This document shows positions 51,074 through 60,012 of a DNA stretch of 64,000 nt, piece by piece (positions within the stretch are counted from its first letter, which is position 1; each line of letters starts with the position of its first letter). The notes beneath the pieces were generated by a model, which saw only the letters and a list, made by a program, of their open reading frames with translations, did not search any database and was not told the origin of the DNA. The position numbers were made by a program, and so were the translations under genes. This stretch comes from an uncultured Nitrospiraceae bacterium (GTDB taxonomy: Bacteria; Nitrospirota; Thermodesulfovibrionia; Thermodesulfovibrionales; Dissulfurispiraceae), in NCBI GenBank assembly GCA_963727805.1, contig CAVSHF010000005.1:832001-896000 (forward strand). Reading direction: 5' to 3'.

Positions 51074-51829
51074 ATGACTATAAGTTTGTTCGATGTACAC
51101 AGAAAACTGATGCCCTCGCCGACGGAAGTAATAAACGAAGCTATAGAAAGAATACTCGTGCCACCCGATAATACTCCCGTCTATATCAAAAGCAATTTCA
51201 GTAAGCTTGTTGAGGAAATACAGGTTGATGCTTATGAAATATACTTGAAAGCTGAAAATGCTATTGGCCAAGAAACCTTTAAGAAGGCCTTGTCCGACAG
51301 ATGTCCGGAAGATGCAAGCAGGGATGAAGTCATCAAGATTGTCTGTTCGATGTTTCATGAATTCGACAGGTTCTATCTGTCGCTGACGCAGTCCCGCAGA
51401 CCGCGGGCTGGCAGTGCTTTTGAAATAGTACTGAAGACCCTGTTTAAACACATGAAATATCCGTTCGATGAACAACAGGTGATAAACGGCAAGCCTGATT
51501 TTCTTATGCCGAGCAAGAAGCATTACGACAAAAACCCAATGGACTGCATCATATTCACCGCAAAAAGGAGTCTGAGGGAGAGATGGCGTCAAATTGTTAC
51601 CGAGGGCACAAGAGGGCTGGGATTTTATCTTGCCACAATCGATGAGGCTGTTAGCCCCCCTCAGCTGGAGGAAATGTTAAACCACAGGATTTATGTCATT
51701 GTTCCTATCAATATCAAGCAAAAGGTAAAGGTATATGCTGACGCACAGAATGTCATAACCTTTGAGGAGTTTTTCAGACACCATCTGGACCCTGCGGTAG
51801 ACCGATGGAGAGATAAAGGAGTCATATAG
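51074..51829 (+). CDS. Type II restriction endonuclease, EcoRII C-terminal-domain family
   Basis: SRR.RAG.AFE, KPDFLMP and AKRSLRERWRQ. Confidence 0.85.
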   Translation: MTISLFDVHRKLMPSPTEVINEAIERILVPPDNTPVYIKSNFSKLVEEIQVDAYEIYLKAENAIGQETFKKALSDRCPEDASRDEVIKIVCSMFHEFDRFYLSLTQSRRPRAGSAFEIVLKTLFKHMKYPFDEQQVINGKPDFLMPSKKHYDKNPMDCIIFTAKRSLRERWRQIVTEGTRGLGFYLATIDEAVSPPQLEEMLNHRIYVIVPINIKQKVKVYADAQNVITFEEFFRHHLDPAVDRWRDKGVI

Positions 51830-51844
51830 ACGGCAATTTGCCCA

Positions 51845-53341
51845 TCACCTGAGAATGTTCTTTCTCCTTTTCGCCACTTCGTCCATAATACTTTTATCCC
51901 CATCAATCTTGCCAAAAAGTTTTTCAGCATGATAAGTATTCCCAGTGCCGATTATCATAAATTCTTCCGGGTTAAGCGGTTCTTGTACTCTTCGATAAGA
52001 GTCTCGACCTGAATCCACACCAGATGTTTCAAAACAGTCATCGCTATCTTTTTTACTTCTTCTAATTGTCTCCGTTACAATCTTGCTGGTAATCCATAAC
52101 AAATTATCTGCTAGTTTCTTATCTTGGATTAGAGGGATAGGGGAGAGCTTGTCCCCCTGCCTCGGATCCACCAATATTACATGCAAAAGGGGTTTGTTAT
52201 CCCTGGAAAGCCATTCAATCAGCTTAACAAAAGGGTTAATATCCAGTCCAAACCTATCGTCTGCAGTAGGATATTTTCTTTTAAATTCGACCGGAACAAT
52301 CTCACCCTCGACCTTAATGAAACAATCCAAGTCAGAAGGCTGCCTTGCGAACAAAGGGAATAGCCAGCAATTCATGAAAATTCTACTTATTGCAAGTGAC
52401 TCGATCTCTTCCGGAGGTAGTTTGTCAATCGCTTCAAGCACTGCATTGTCAATTCCAGAATTATCCGGATTCTTAGGTTCAACAGCGTTGCCTAATCCAA
52501 GCTTTTCTTTGACAAAAACATCGATTGGCAAAGCGCGCGATTTGTTCTCGCCGTATAAGATTGCATTATACATCTCTTTGTCAAAGTTGACCCGTGTAAC
52601 GATTGAATTTCGACTCTTAAGATATTTGGCTATTTCATCATCAAAATCATTCCATCTATTGTGATGATGTTCGAGTCTGAACCAATATTTCGGAACCTCG
52701 CCCATCGGTGTTTCCTGAGGGTAGATAACTTCAACCAATAATCTGTTAAGTCTGCGGATTTCTGTCTTCTCACCCGATGTAAGTTCTCGCGATGATTCTC
52801 TCCTCCAACTTTCTGTCTTTTTTACGAGGTCATATATCTGGCATGTTAATAGCAGTTGTTGATTCTTATTTATTATCTTCTCGTATAGACTCGGCAAACT
52901 GATTACTTCATTGAGCCAACTCACGGTATTAATATCAGCGTTTATTTCGCCAATTGCATAGCCTGCATCAGAGATTTTCTGGCACAGTATCCTGATATCT
53001 ATTCTTGGATTTTTAAATTCACGAGAAGAAAATTCGATGACCTTCTTAAATTGGAAAGCCCATCCTTTTGTCATTAATTGTGAAGTTCGACGGCAATATT
53101 CTTCGAGCTGTGATATGAATTTGTACTCAAATATAAAAGCCGGTACGCGTTTCATCCCTTCTGCCATCAGCAACTCTCCGAAGTGCTCTCGATTGGATAT
53201 ATCAAACCGCTTGTTATAGTGAGCACAGCAAATGCTTCGTTGAGTGGCTCTTTTCATTTGTGAAGAAACTTTATTGGAATTTATCAAGTCCTCACACTGA
53301 TCACTCTTGTGTTCTTTGCGAAACTTATCCAGCTTATTCAT
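51845..53341 (-). CDS. Putative PD-(D/E)XK-fold nuclease
   Basis: PSDLDCF..VPVEFKRKYP..FGLD; GGAGG RBS. Confidence 0.55.
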   Translation of the reverse strand: MNKLDKFRKEHKSDQCEDLINSNKVSSQMKRATQRSICCAHYNKRFDISNREHFGELLMAEGMKRVPAFIFEYKFISQLEEYCRRTSQLMTKGWAFQFKKVIEFSSREFKNPRIDIRILCQKISDAGYAIGEINADINTVSWLNEVISLPSLYEKIINKNQQLLLTCQIYDLVKKTESWRRESSRELTSGEKTEIRRLNRLLVEVIYPQETPMGEVPKYWFRLEHHHNRWNDFDDEIAKYLKSRNSIVTRVNFDKEMYNAILYGENKSRALPIDVFVKEKLGLGNAVEPKNPDNSGIDNAVLEAIDKLPPEEIESLAISRIFMNCWLFPLFARQPSDLDCFIKVEGEIVPVEFKRKYPTADDRFGLDINPFVKLIEWLSRDNKPLLHVILVDPRQGDKLSPIPLIQDKKLADNLLWITSKIVTETIRRSKKDSDDCFETSGVDSGRDSYRRVQEPLNPEEFMIIGTGNTYHAEKLFGKIDGDKSIMDEVAKRRKNILR

Positions 53342-53376
53342 AAGCCTCCCTATAGTTGTTGCATGACTTGGGATAA

Positions 53377-54294
53377 TTATTGTCCCAGATTTAGAAGGTC
53401 AGGCTGATCCTTTCGTGGGATGTGTTCCTCAACTTTTATGATTTCAAAGGATTTGTTTACGAAAGTATTAGCGATCTTATCGAATGTTCTCTTGAGACGC
53501 AGCTGAACCCGCAGTATATCGCCATTTGCAAACCGTTCACCCGACAGTATTTTATTGGTAAATTCCTTGTCCATAATTTTTGCAGCTATTTTATTACCTT
53601 TGTAAAAGAATTCCCATTTGTGATTTGCATCGAACACGATTTTGAATATATTTAGGAAAACATCTTCAACTATATCCGCTTGAGCATCTTGAGCTATCAT
53701 CACCGCTGTCGGATAGTCACGAAGAAGTAGGCTCATGAATTCTTCACGCTTGACTGCGATTAATGACTCGTTTGTTTTTGATCTCAATTCCACATCATCT
53801 ATCGCAGGGTCATAGTTTAACCTATCGAACTGCCGCTCAAAAGCATTGTGAACCCTGTCATTTTTGTTGTAGATATTGAATGTTCTCTTGTCGACAATGG
53901 TGATATTCCCACTATTGTTCGAGATTTCTATCCCAGTGTCTATTTCTTTATATTTTTCTGGCTTTTCACCCTTGAGGTTCAGTTTGAGCCTAATCAGTTC
54001 AACATAGATTTTGATAATTTCGGGGATACTGAATGCATGTTCGGATAAAACCCCTGCTATGGCACCCTCTATGATGTCAAAAGGAACATCAAAGCTGCCT
54101 GCCTGAAAAGGCTTAATTCTCACTTCAATACTCTTGCCCGTTATTAAATCCCTGTTTATCTCTTCGATTATTTCAGTGAAGGCTAAAAGTGTAGCGGCAA
54201 GGGTCTTGGAGTTGACTTCATTCTCTTTACAGCCGAAATGGAATAGAAAATTATCAGAGGATATCTGTTCAATCATATTCACCTCGGGCAGCAT
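53377..54294 (-). CDS. Hypothetical protein
   Basis: 305-aa ORF, F.AGSF motif, co-oriented with its neighbours. Confidence 0.7.
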   Translation of the reverse strand: MLPEVNMIEQISSDNFLFHFGCKENEVNSKTLAATLLAFTEIIEEINRDLITGKSIEVRIKPFQAGSFDVPFDIIEGAIAGVLSEHAFSIPEIIKIYVELIRLKLNLKGEKPEKYKEIDTGIEISNNSGNITIVDKRTFNIYNKNDRVHNAFERQFDRLNYDPAIDDVELRSKTNESLIAVKREEFMSLLLRDYPTAVMIAQDAQADIVEDVFLNIFKIVFDANHKWEFFYKGNKIAAKIMDKEFTNKILSGERFANGDILRVQLRLKRTFDKIANTFVNKSFEIIKVEEHIPRKDQPDLLNLGQ

Positions 54295-54405
54295 TCATCA
54301 TCACTATTGTAGCTTCACAGCATGTTTACAAAATCGTACTCCTTTGTACGCATCATTGCAAGCGAAAAATATGTCCAGTCCCATTTTGCCTTGCATGGCA
54401 TTAAT

Positions 54406-54972
54406 TTATCGTGCTTCGCCCAGGAACTTTTTGAGCTTTTCTATGTCCGTCTGCGCCAGTTTAATCGCCTTTCCCGGTGCTTCACCTGATACCTCTGCCA
54501 GAATCTTCCGCATCTCCGTCCTCAGCAGTTCGAATTCGTCTATAAACACCTTCAGTGTCTTGTGCCTGAGTTGAGAGATAATTTTCTTAATATCCGCAGC
54601 CGCTTCATCGAATCTATTAAGTCGCGACAAGGCCGTGCCGCGAGCAACAAGAGCCCTGCTGAATCCGGGCTTAAGATCCAAAGCCTTGTTGAAATCCAAT
54701 ACAGCAGAATCGTTCTTGCCTACCATCAGCGCAGCCATACCGCGGTATAGATAGGCTTGAAAATAGGTGCTGTCAAGCTGAAGCGCTTTCTCAAAATCCT
54801 CAGTCGCCTTGTCGATCTCGCGGATCTGCAAGTAAGCTTGACCCCTGATGGTATGGATAATAGGCGGAAGAAACCGTGAATGAAGGAGTTTTGTAAGCAG
54901 TTCGATGCTCTCCTCCATTCTGCCAGCACAAAAAAGTACTTGGGCTTCATTTAACAACTCCATCGATATCAT
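54406..54972 (-). CDS. TPR repeat protein
   Basis: Three to four TPR units (RG.AY..A..DF.KAL.L.P). Confidence 0.8.
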   Translation of the reverse strand: MISMELLNEAQVLFCAGRMEESIELLTKLLHSRFLPPIIHTIRGQAYLQIREIDKATEDFEKALQLDSTYFQAYLYRGMAALMVGKNDSAVLDFNKALDLKPGFSRALVARGTALSRLNRFDEAAADIKKIISQLRHKTLKVFIDEFELLRTEMRKILAEVSGEAPGKAIKLAQTDIEKLKKFLGEAR

Positions 54973-55058
54973 GGTGACTTCCTCCGGTAATGAGACTAGA
55001 TATTTCTCTTTACCACAGAACCCGTGGCTTCAGGGTTTTACTAATCTTTTTTCAGAAG

Positions 55059-55496
55059 CTATGCCCTATCTGTGCATCTCTGGTCAATGGAACTAAGGAT
55101 CTCCTTAAAAAGAATCTCATCATCATTATTCGTATCTGTAATCATTGTTGTAACGCCATAGTGCAGCATGATATTTACATTGAACACTTCGCATTTCCTG
55201 AAATCGGTCCTGACTCCTACAATTTGTTTCCCTAGCCCGTAGGCAAAGCCAACCTCCCAACATGTTCCGGAGTCAGCGTCCGGACCGTCCAGTATTGCCA
55301 GAATGGTGTCTGCTTTTTCGACACCACTCTTACAGACCCTAAAGATTTCCTCAGGGGCAGTGTCCAGTCCAGCACATTCTTCTTGTGGCAAGATTACAGT
55401 GAATCCATTTTTCACAAGAAAATTCCGCAGTTTTATGTTCCACTGCTTCTCTGCAGTGGAGAATAAAGGCCCAGCCAAATAGATCTTTTTCACCAA
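55059..55496 (-). CDS. Nucleoside 2-deoxyribosyltransferase family protein
   Basis: IYLAGPLFS, LPQ, DG.D.DSGT.WE.G.A and N.ML. Confidence 0.88.
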   Translation of the reverse strand: MVKKIYLAGPLFSTAEKQWNIKLRNFLVKNGFTVILPQEECAGLDTAPEEIFRVCKSGVEKADTILAILDGPDADSGTCWEVGFAYGLGKQIVGVRTDFRKCEVFNVNIMLHYGVTTMITDTNNDDEILFKEILSSIDQRCTDRA

Positions 55497-55750
55497 AAGC
55501 CTCCTTACGAATGGGGTTGCCTCTAAATAAGAAACTCTTTCCCAATCAAGTGCTTATAAGATTCATATATCGTACCTTTATATCAGCGTCTAAAATGACT
55601 TTACCCTTTGCTTTTGTCCTTTAATGCCTGAGCGCAACATATCCCCGTAGTTGATTATCGGGGAATAACGTATCCCCTTAATCTCAGGCAAGGAAAACCG
55701 TCGAGCATCTTTGAGCAGTTCGCTTCTTAAAGCTGTATATTTTTAGGGTA

Positions 55751-55779
55751 TTTACAGCGAACGTTCGTTCGCCTATAAT
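55751..55779 (+). promoter_or_regulatory. lexA promoter containing a CGAAC-N4-GTTCG SOS box
   Basis: TTTACA-gCGAACgttcGTTCGcc-TATAAT with a 17-bp spacer. Confidence 0.8.
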
Positions 55780-55785
55780 AAAAGT

Positions 55786-56379
55786 ATGTCAAAAGCAATT
55801 TCTGCGGATGCACTCCAAGAGAGAGCTGATAAAATTAGAGACTTTTACTCAGCTAGAGATCGAATGCCGAGCTATTCTGAAATTGCCGGGATATTGGGAT
55901 TCAACTCAAAAAGTTCGGTATTCAAACTAATCGCAAAACTTGAGCAGAATAATTATCTTTTACGAGATGAAACCGGCAGGCTTATCCCTGGGCAGATGAA
56001 ACACTCCCTTCGTGTTTTGGGCACCATCGAAGCTGGGTTTCCAAGTCCGGCCGAAGAGGAACTCGCCGATACACTTTCGCTGGATGAATTGCTCATTAAA
56101 AACCCTCAGGCAACATTTCTTCTGAAGGTATCCGGTGATTCCATGTCTGAAGCAGGGATATTGCCTGGTGACATGGTCATAATTGATCGCTCGCTGGAGC
56201 CAAAAGGCGGCGATATAGTAATCGCTGAAGTGGACGGCAATTGGACGATGAAGTATCTCGACAAACAGGGTGACGAAGTAACTTTGGTACCTGCTAATCG
56301 GAAATATAAACCTATTAAACCACTACGAGAGTTAAAGATCGCCGGGGTTGTCACTTCAGTCATACGAAAATATCAATAA
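55786..56379 (+). CDS. lexA: LexA-family repressor
   Basis: PSYSEIA..GF.S HTH, AG cleavage site (EAGFP), VSGDSM catalytic Ser, TMK catalytic Lys. Confidence 0.9.
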   Translation: MSKAISADALQERADKIRDFYSARDRMPSYSEIAGILGFNSKSSVFKLIAKLEQNNYLLRDETGRLIPGQMKHSLRVLGTIEAGFPSPAEEELADTLSLDELLIKNPQATFLLKVSGDSMSEAGILPGDMVIIDRSLEPKGGDIVIAEVDGNWTMKYLDKQGDEVTLVPANRKYKPIKPLRELKIAGVVTSVIRKYQ

Positions 56380-56393
56380 CCTTTTGACAGTTC

Positions 56394-57410
56394 ATGACCA
56401 AGAAATCGTCACCTAAATTAAAAGACCTAGCTGCGATGAGCCGCAAATGGCCTAAGCTTGGCAAGGCCGAGGCTGATAAGTTAATGCAGGACATTGAAGG
56501 GATGAGGCATCCAGTCTGCCCAGTCTGCGCAGAAAAAGATGCTGTCAGCAGGGACAACTTTGAACTGCCCTCTGAGGTGGACTTTACTGGTGGGGTGCGG
56601 GGTAGATTTTATAAGAAACCATGCAGAAAGGGAAAAAACAATATGGAAATATTATCGGAGAAAATCACAGAAGTATGCGATATGGAAGTCGAGTTTAAAG
56701 GTCGGGAACACCAGGTTCTTTACGAACATGCCAAGAAGAATATGCCCAAGAAGATACTGGACGGTCTTATGATTAGCTGGGCTCTTGGCGATATACTGCG
56801 GAAGAAGTTAAAGGAACTAAGAGACAAAATGAGTCCGCAGGCGCGAGCGGCGGCTGAGAAGAAAACACAACGGATGGAGCTTGCCTTAGATATCACCGAA
56901 AAACTTTTCGGAGAAGCTCCACTTCACTTAAAGAGACCACAGACGGTCGAACTTGCCAAACTCAAGATACGACAACTTCTTGTTCTCGCGCAAGTAAAGG
57001 CCTTACCTATCCCAAAAGACATCAGGGAGAAGATCGTTACTTCGCTTGGGAGCGACAACATTGTGGTGCGCATGGAGAAGAGGTGGCGTATTGTCAGAAC
57101 TGTAATATCTGCTGAAAGGGAAGGTCTTTACGAAGCTGCCGAACACGCAACGGGAGAAGTTTTAACGGATCTGTGTGAGGGCGTTACTCCGCAGAACGGG
57201 CATGGAGAAGTAGATTTCAAGCCTTGCCCTGTAAAGCTAAAGAAAGAAGGGAAGGTATGGATAGCAAGCTGTCCTAGTCTGGATATCCACTCTCGGGGAG
57301 CGACAAAAAACAAGGCTAGGGAAAACCTCGGCGAAGCCATTCGCCTTTTCATAAAAACATGCTCTAGCAGGGGAACCCAAGAAAATGACCAGAAAAGAAA
57401 AGACATATAG
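56394..57410 (+). CDS. Mosaic protein of antitoxin-like segments with a C-terminal HicB-like domain
   Basis: HicB-like aa 280-328; MazE-like aa 256-275; HigA-like aa 137-165; BrnA/CopG-like aa 56-76. Confidence 0.6.
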   Translation: MTKKSSPKLKDLAAMSRKWPKLGKAEADKLMQDIEGMRHPVCPVCAEKDAVSRDNFELPSEVDFTGGVRGRFYKKPCRKGKNNMEILSEKITEVCDMEVEFKGREHQVLYEHAKKNMPKKILDGLMISWALGDILRKKLKELRDKMSPQARAAAEKKTQRMELALDITEKLFGEAPLHLKRPQTVELAKLKIRQLLVLAQVKALPIPKDIREKIVTSLGSDNIVVRMEKRWRIVRTVISAEREGLYEAAEHATGEVLTDLCEGVTPQNGHGEVDFKPCPVKLKKEGKVWIASCPSLDIHSRGATKNKARENLGEAIRLFIKTCSSRGTQENDQKRKDI

Positions 57411-57927
57411 GTTTGCCGCCGTAGCGTACAATGTTGATCCTGAACTAGTCGATAACAGGACAGTCCGGATAATGAAGGTCAAGGCCTTACGATCAGATTC
57501 TTCAGAGAAAATCGCAGAGAATCGAATAGAGAAGCTGAATAAGCAGACAGGAGTCACATGGACGCTCCACAGCGAACCTCACAGATTGTCGGACCGCCAG
57601 GAGCGGGCAAATAGAATGGCCAGGTTTACGGGGCGAGCGAACGACGCTATGTGGGCGACTATTATGTCGCATCGGGATTTCTGGGGCGAGATTGAAAAAC
57701 TGACACAGTCAGAGAAATATATGTCTGCGAAAGGTCCTGACCGGGTGCTTATGAAAATCGAGCTGCTGCACGGGAAAGTCGGAAATACGGAATCACTTCG
57801 GGAAGCTGCTGAGTTTGCTAGGTTAGCCGCGTTGGAGACGACGCGAAAGGTGTACCGGCGGAGCACGAAGAAATGCGGACGCCATACCCATGGAATCGAT
57901 GCGCGAAGCAGTGAGGGGGCTGCATAA
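57385..57927 (+). CDS. Hypothetical protein
   Basis: 180-aa ORF overlapping the upstream gene. Confidence 0.5.
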   Translation: MTRKEKTYRFAAVAYNVDPELVDNRTVRIMKVKALRSDSSEKIAENRIEKLNKQTGVTWTLHSEPHRLSDRQERANRMARFTGRANDAMWATIMSHRDFWGEIEKLTQSEKYMSAKGPDRVLMKIELLHGKVGNTESLREAAEFARLAALETTRKVYRRSTKKCGRHTHGIDARSSEGAA

Positions 57928-58223
57928 ATTTGGACTCATAACTACGAAAGAGAACGGTGATATATCGAAGGCAAGACGCAGGTGTAATTTTTTCTATCTG
58001 TCAGTGGACCTCAATAAAGAAAACCTTGAACTCTCCGATAAGATATATTATGTGTTCCGGGGAGGTTGCAGTATGGGCGAGAAGTGGAGTAGATGCAATC
58101 ATTTGTAAATCTATAAGTATGAAAAAGATGAAAGACATAGGAAGCGAAAAAGCAACAAATGATTTAAATGATAGTAGCATAAAGTGCGATACAATAATTA
58201 AGGAGTAACGGAGGATTGATCAT

Positions 58224-58385
58224 ATGCCGACGTACATTATCAGTCTATTAATTATCCTTTTCGTATATATAGTTCTAAGAATGGTTTTTAGATATTATGA
58301 AAAGAAGAACGACGCAATGATGTCCGAATGGATAGCAGCGGTAAGGAAATATGCTTCTAACCTGTCTCAATCAAAAAAACAGTAG
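58224..58385 (+). CDS. Small (53 aa) single-TM protein, below the ORF-track cutoff
   Basis: GGAGG RBS; MPTYIISLLIILFVYIVLRMVFRYYEKK... Confidence 0.5.
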   Translation: MPTYIISLLIILFVYIVLRMVFRYYEKKNDAMMSEWIAAVRKYASNLSQSKKQ

Positions 58386-58741
58386 TATATAAGCTACAAT
58401 GTTTTTAGGGGGACACATCCCCAAACCCTATCTTCCGACTTCCTGGAATATAAATATCTACGATAATCCTTACCGCAACTGATTGCGGTCATCAACCACT
58501 AGGATATTAAAACGCCAATCCAAGGAAGCAATCATGCCAAAAACGGCAAAGAAGAACCCAATTAATAATATCATGGCACATTACACGGGGCGACAAACTA
58601 TGCTCCCTATGCCTTCGTGTCATTACAGGTAGTTCGCAATTTTCATAACGCCGGCATTGTGCTATAGTTATAAGAAAATACATGTAAAGAAGGATGCTTC
58701 ATACATTACTTGTTAGCTTGACAGTGTGGAGGGGCAAATCA

Positions 58742-59494
58742 ATGCCGGACACCGGTTATGGAGAGCATGGCTTTAAGGAACTTGAAAAGTTATATTGTGA
58801 GAAGCCTTATCAAGGGCAGAACCCCCAGGTTGCTAAAGTTATCTTCCTCGGGCGGGATGCCAATTACCCAAGAATAATAGGGGATAGCGATTTCTTTAAA
58901 TTTATAATTGAATATCATAGAGACGGCGTAGCTTTCTGGAAAAAGTACGGCATACATCACCCATTTCTTCATCCTGAATACCCATATAATAAAAATAAGG
59001 ACAAACGATACAAGGACGGCGTTAAGTATCATGAAGTATTTGCAAAAATGTGCTTAAGTGCAAAATATGCAGAGTATATATCTTTTGTGGAGATACTTAA
59101 TCGGCCAACTGCGGGCAATACTGGACAAGATACAGAAGACTGGTTTGAAAAAAATATTTCTGACGGGCATATAGCTTTTCTGGAAGAAACGTTCAGGAGC
59201 GCAGGCAAAACAATAATATTTATTCCTAAGACTGTAATCGGTGTCGACCTTAAAAAAGTTAAAGACAAGACAGGCCGTTTTGCATGGTTATTGGCAAAGG
59301 ATCGGAACTCAGACAAAGACGAACCTGACTGCATATTAACGGAAGGAAAAGTTAGTTTCTATAAGTGCAACCATTTTTCAGGTGCAATATCAAACCATCA
59401 TTTATGCTGCATATCGAATATAATAAGAAATTGTGCCGACCCTTATATCTGGGGAACAAATAAAGGTGCCGGAAACGGCCCCGCCTCTGGGTGA
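58742..59494 (+). CDS. Hypothetical protein (possible UDG-like fold)
   Basis: PYQG..P..AKVIFLGRDANY, DGV.FW..YG.HHPFL and SFVE; GGAGG RBS before ATG 58742. Confidence 0.65.
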   Translation: MPDTGYGEHGFKELEKLYCEKPYQGQNPQVAKVIFLGRDANYPRIIGDSDFFKFIIEYHRDGVAFWKKYGIHHPFLHPEYPYNKNKDKRYKDGVKYHEVFAKMCLSAKYAEYISFVEILNRPTAGNTGQDTEDWFEKNISDGHIAFLEETFRSAGKTIIFIPKTVIGVDLKKVKDKTGRFAWLLAKDRNSDKDEPDCILTEGKVSFYKCNHFSGAISNHHLCCISNIIRNCADPYIWGTNKGAGNGPASG

Positions 59495-59527
59495 TTTCCG
59501 GCGTTAGCCGGAGGGAAATTTATTATT

Positions 59528-59923
59528 ATGAACAAACAAGTCTCCATATATTGCAGGGCCTGCGCTGAAAGTATTCTCAAACAATGGAAGGGCTGGCCCC
59601 ATAGGGACGCGGTTCCTTTACTCCCGACATCGATTGATGGCAAGTGCGAAAATTGCGGTGGAAATGAAACACTCATTTCAACCGATATCACTTGGTTTAA
59701 TTATCACAACGAATACAGCACCGGGTTGCCCGATTACTGGCTTCTGAAAATTAACCCCAATGGAAACAAGTGGGGGTTCCCGTACTACACTGAAAGTGCA
59801 TGCCGTAAATGCAACGAGAGAACAATACTGAGCTTGATGAATTACCCAAATGGTTCACGAGAAATCAGGTATAATTGTGAAAAATGCGGCGTGTTAACGT
59901 GGGGGACCAACAAAGGGACATGA
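59528..59923 (+). CDS. Zinc-ribbon hypothetical protein
   Basis: Four CxxC pairs; GGAGG RBS. Confidence 0.65.
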   Translation: MNKQVSIYCRACAESILKQWKGWPHRDAVPLLPTSIDGKCENCGGNETLISTDITWFNYHNEYSTGLPDYWLLKINPNGNKWGFPYYTESACRKCNERTILSLMNYPNGSREIRYNCEKCGVLTWGTNKGT

Positions 59924-60012
59924 AAATGACGACAAGAACGTTACGCCTTCTAAATATTGAATAAAATCTGAAGCCCTGATAAAGTCAGATATTACAAGGC
60001 ACGGGAGGTTTT

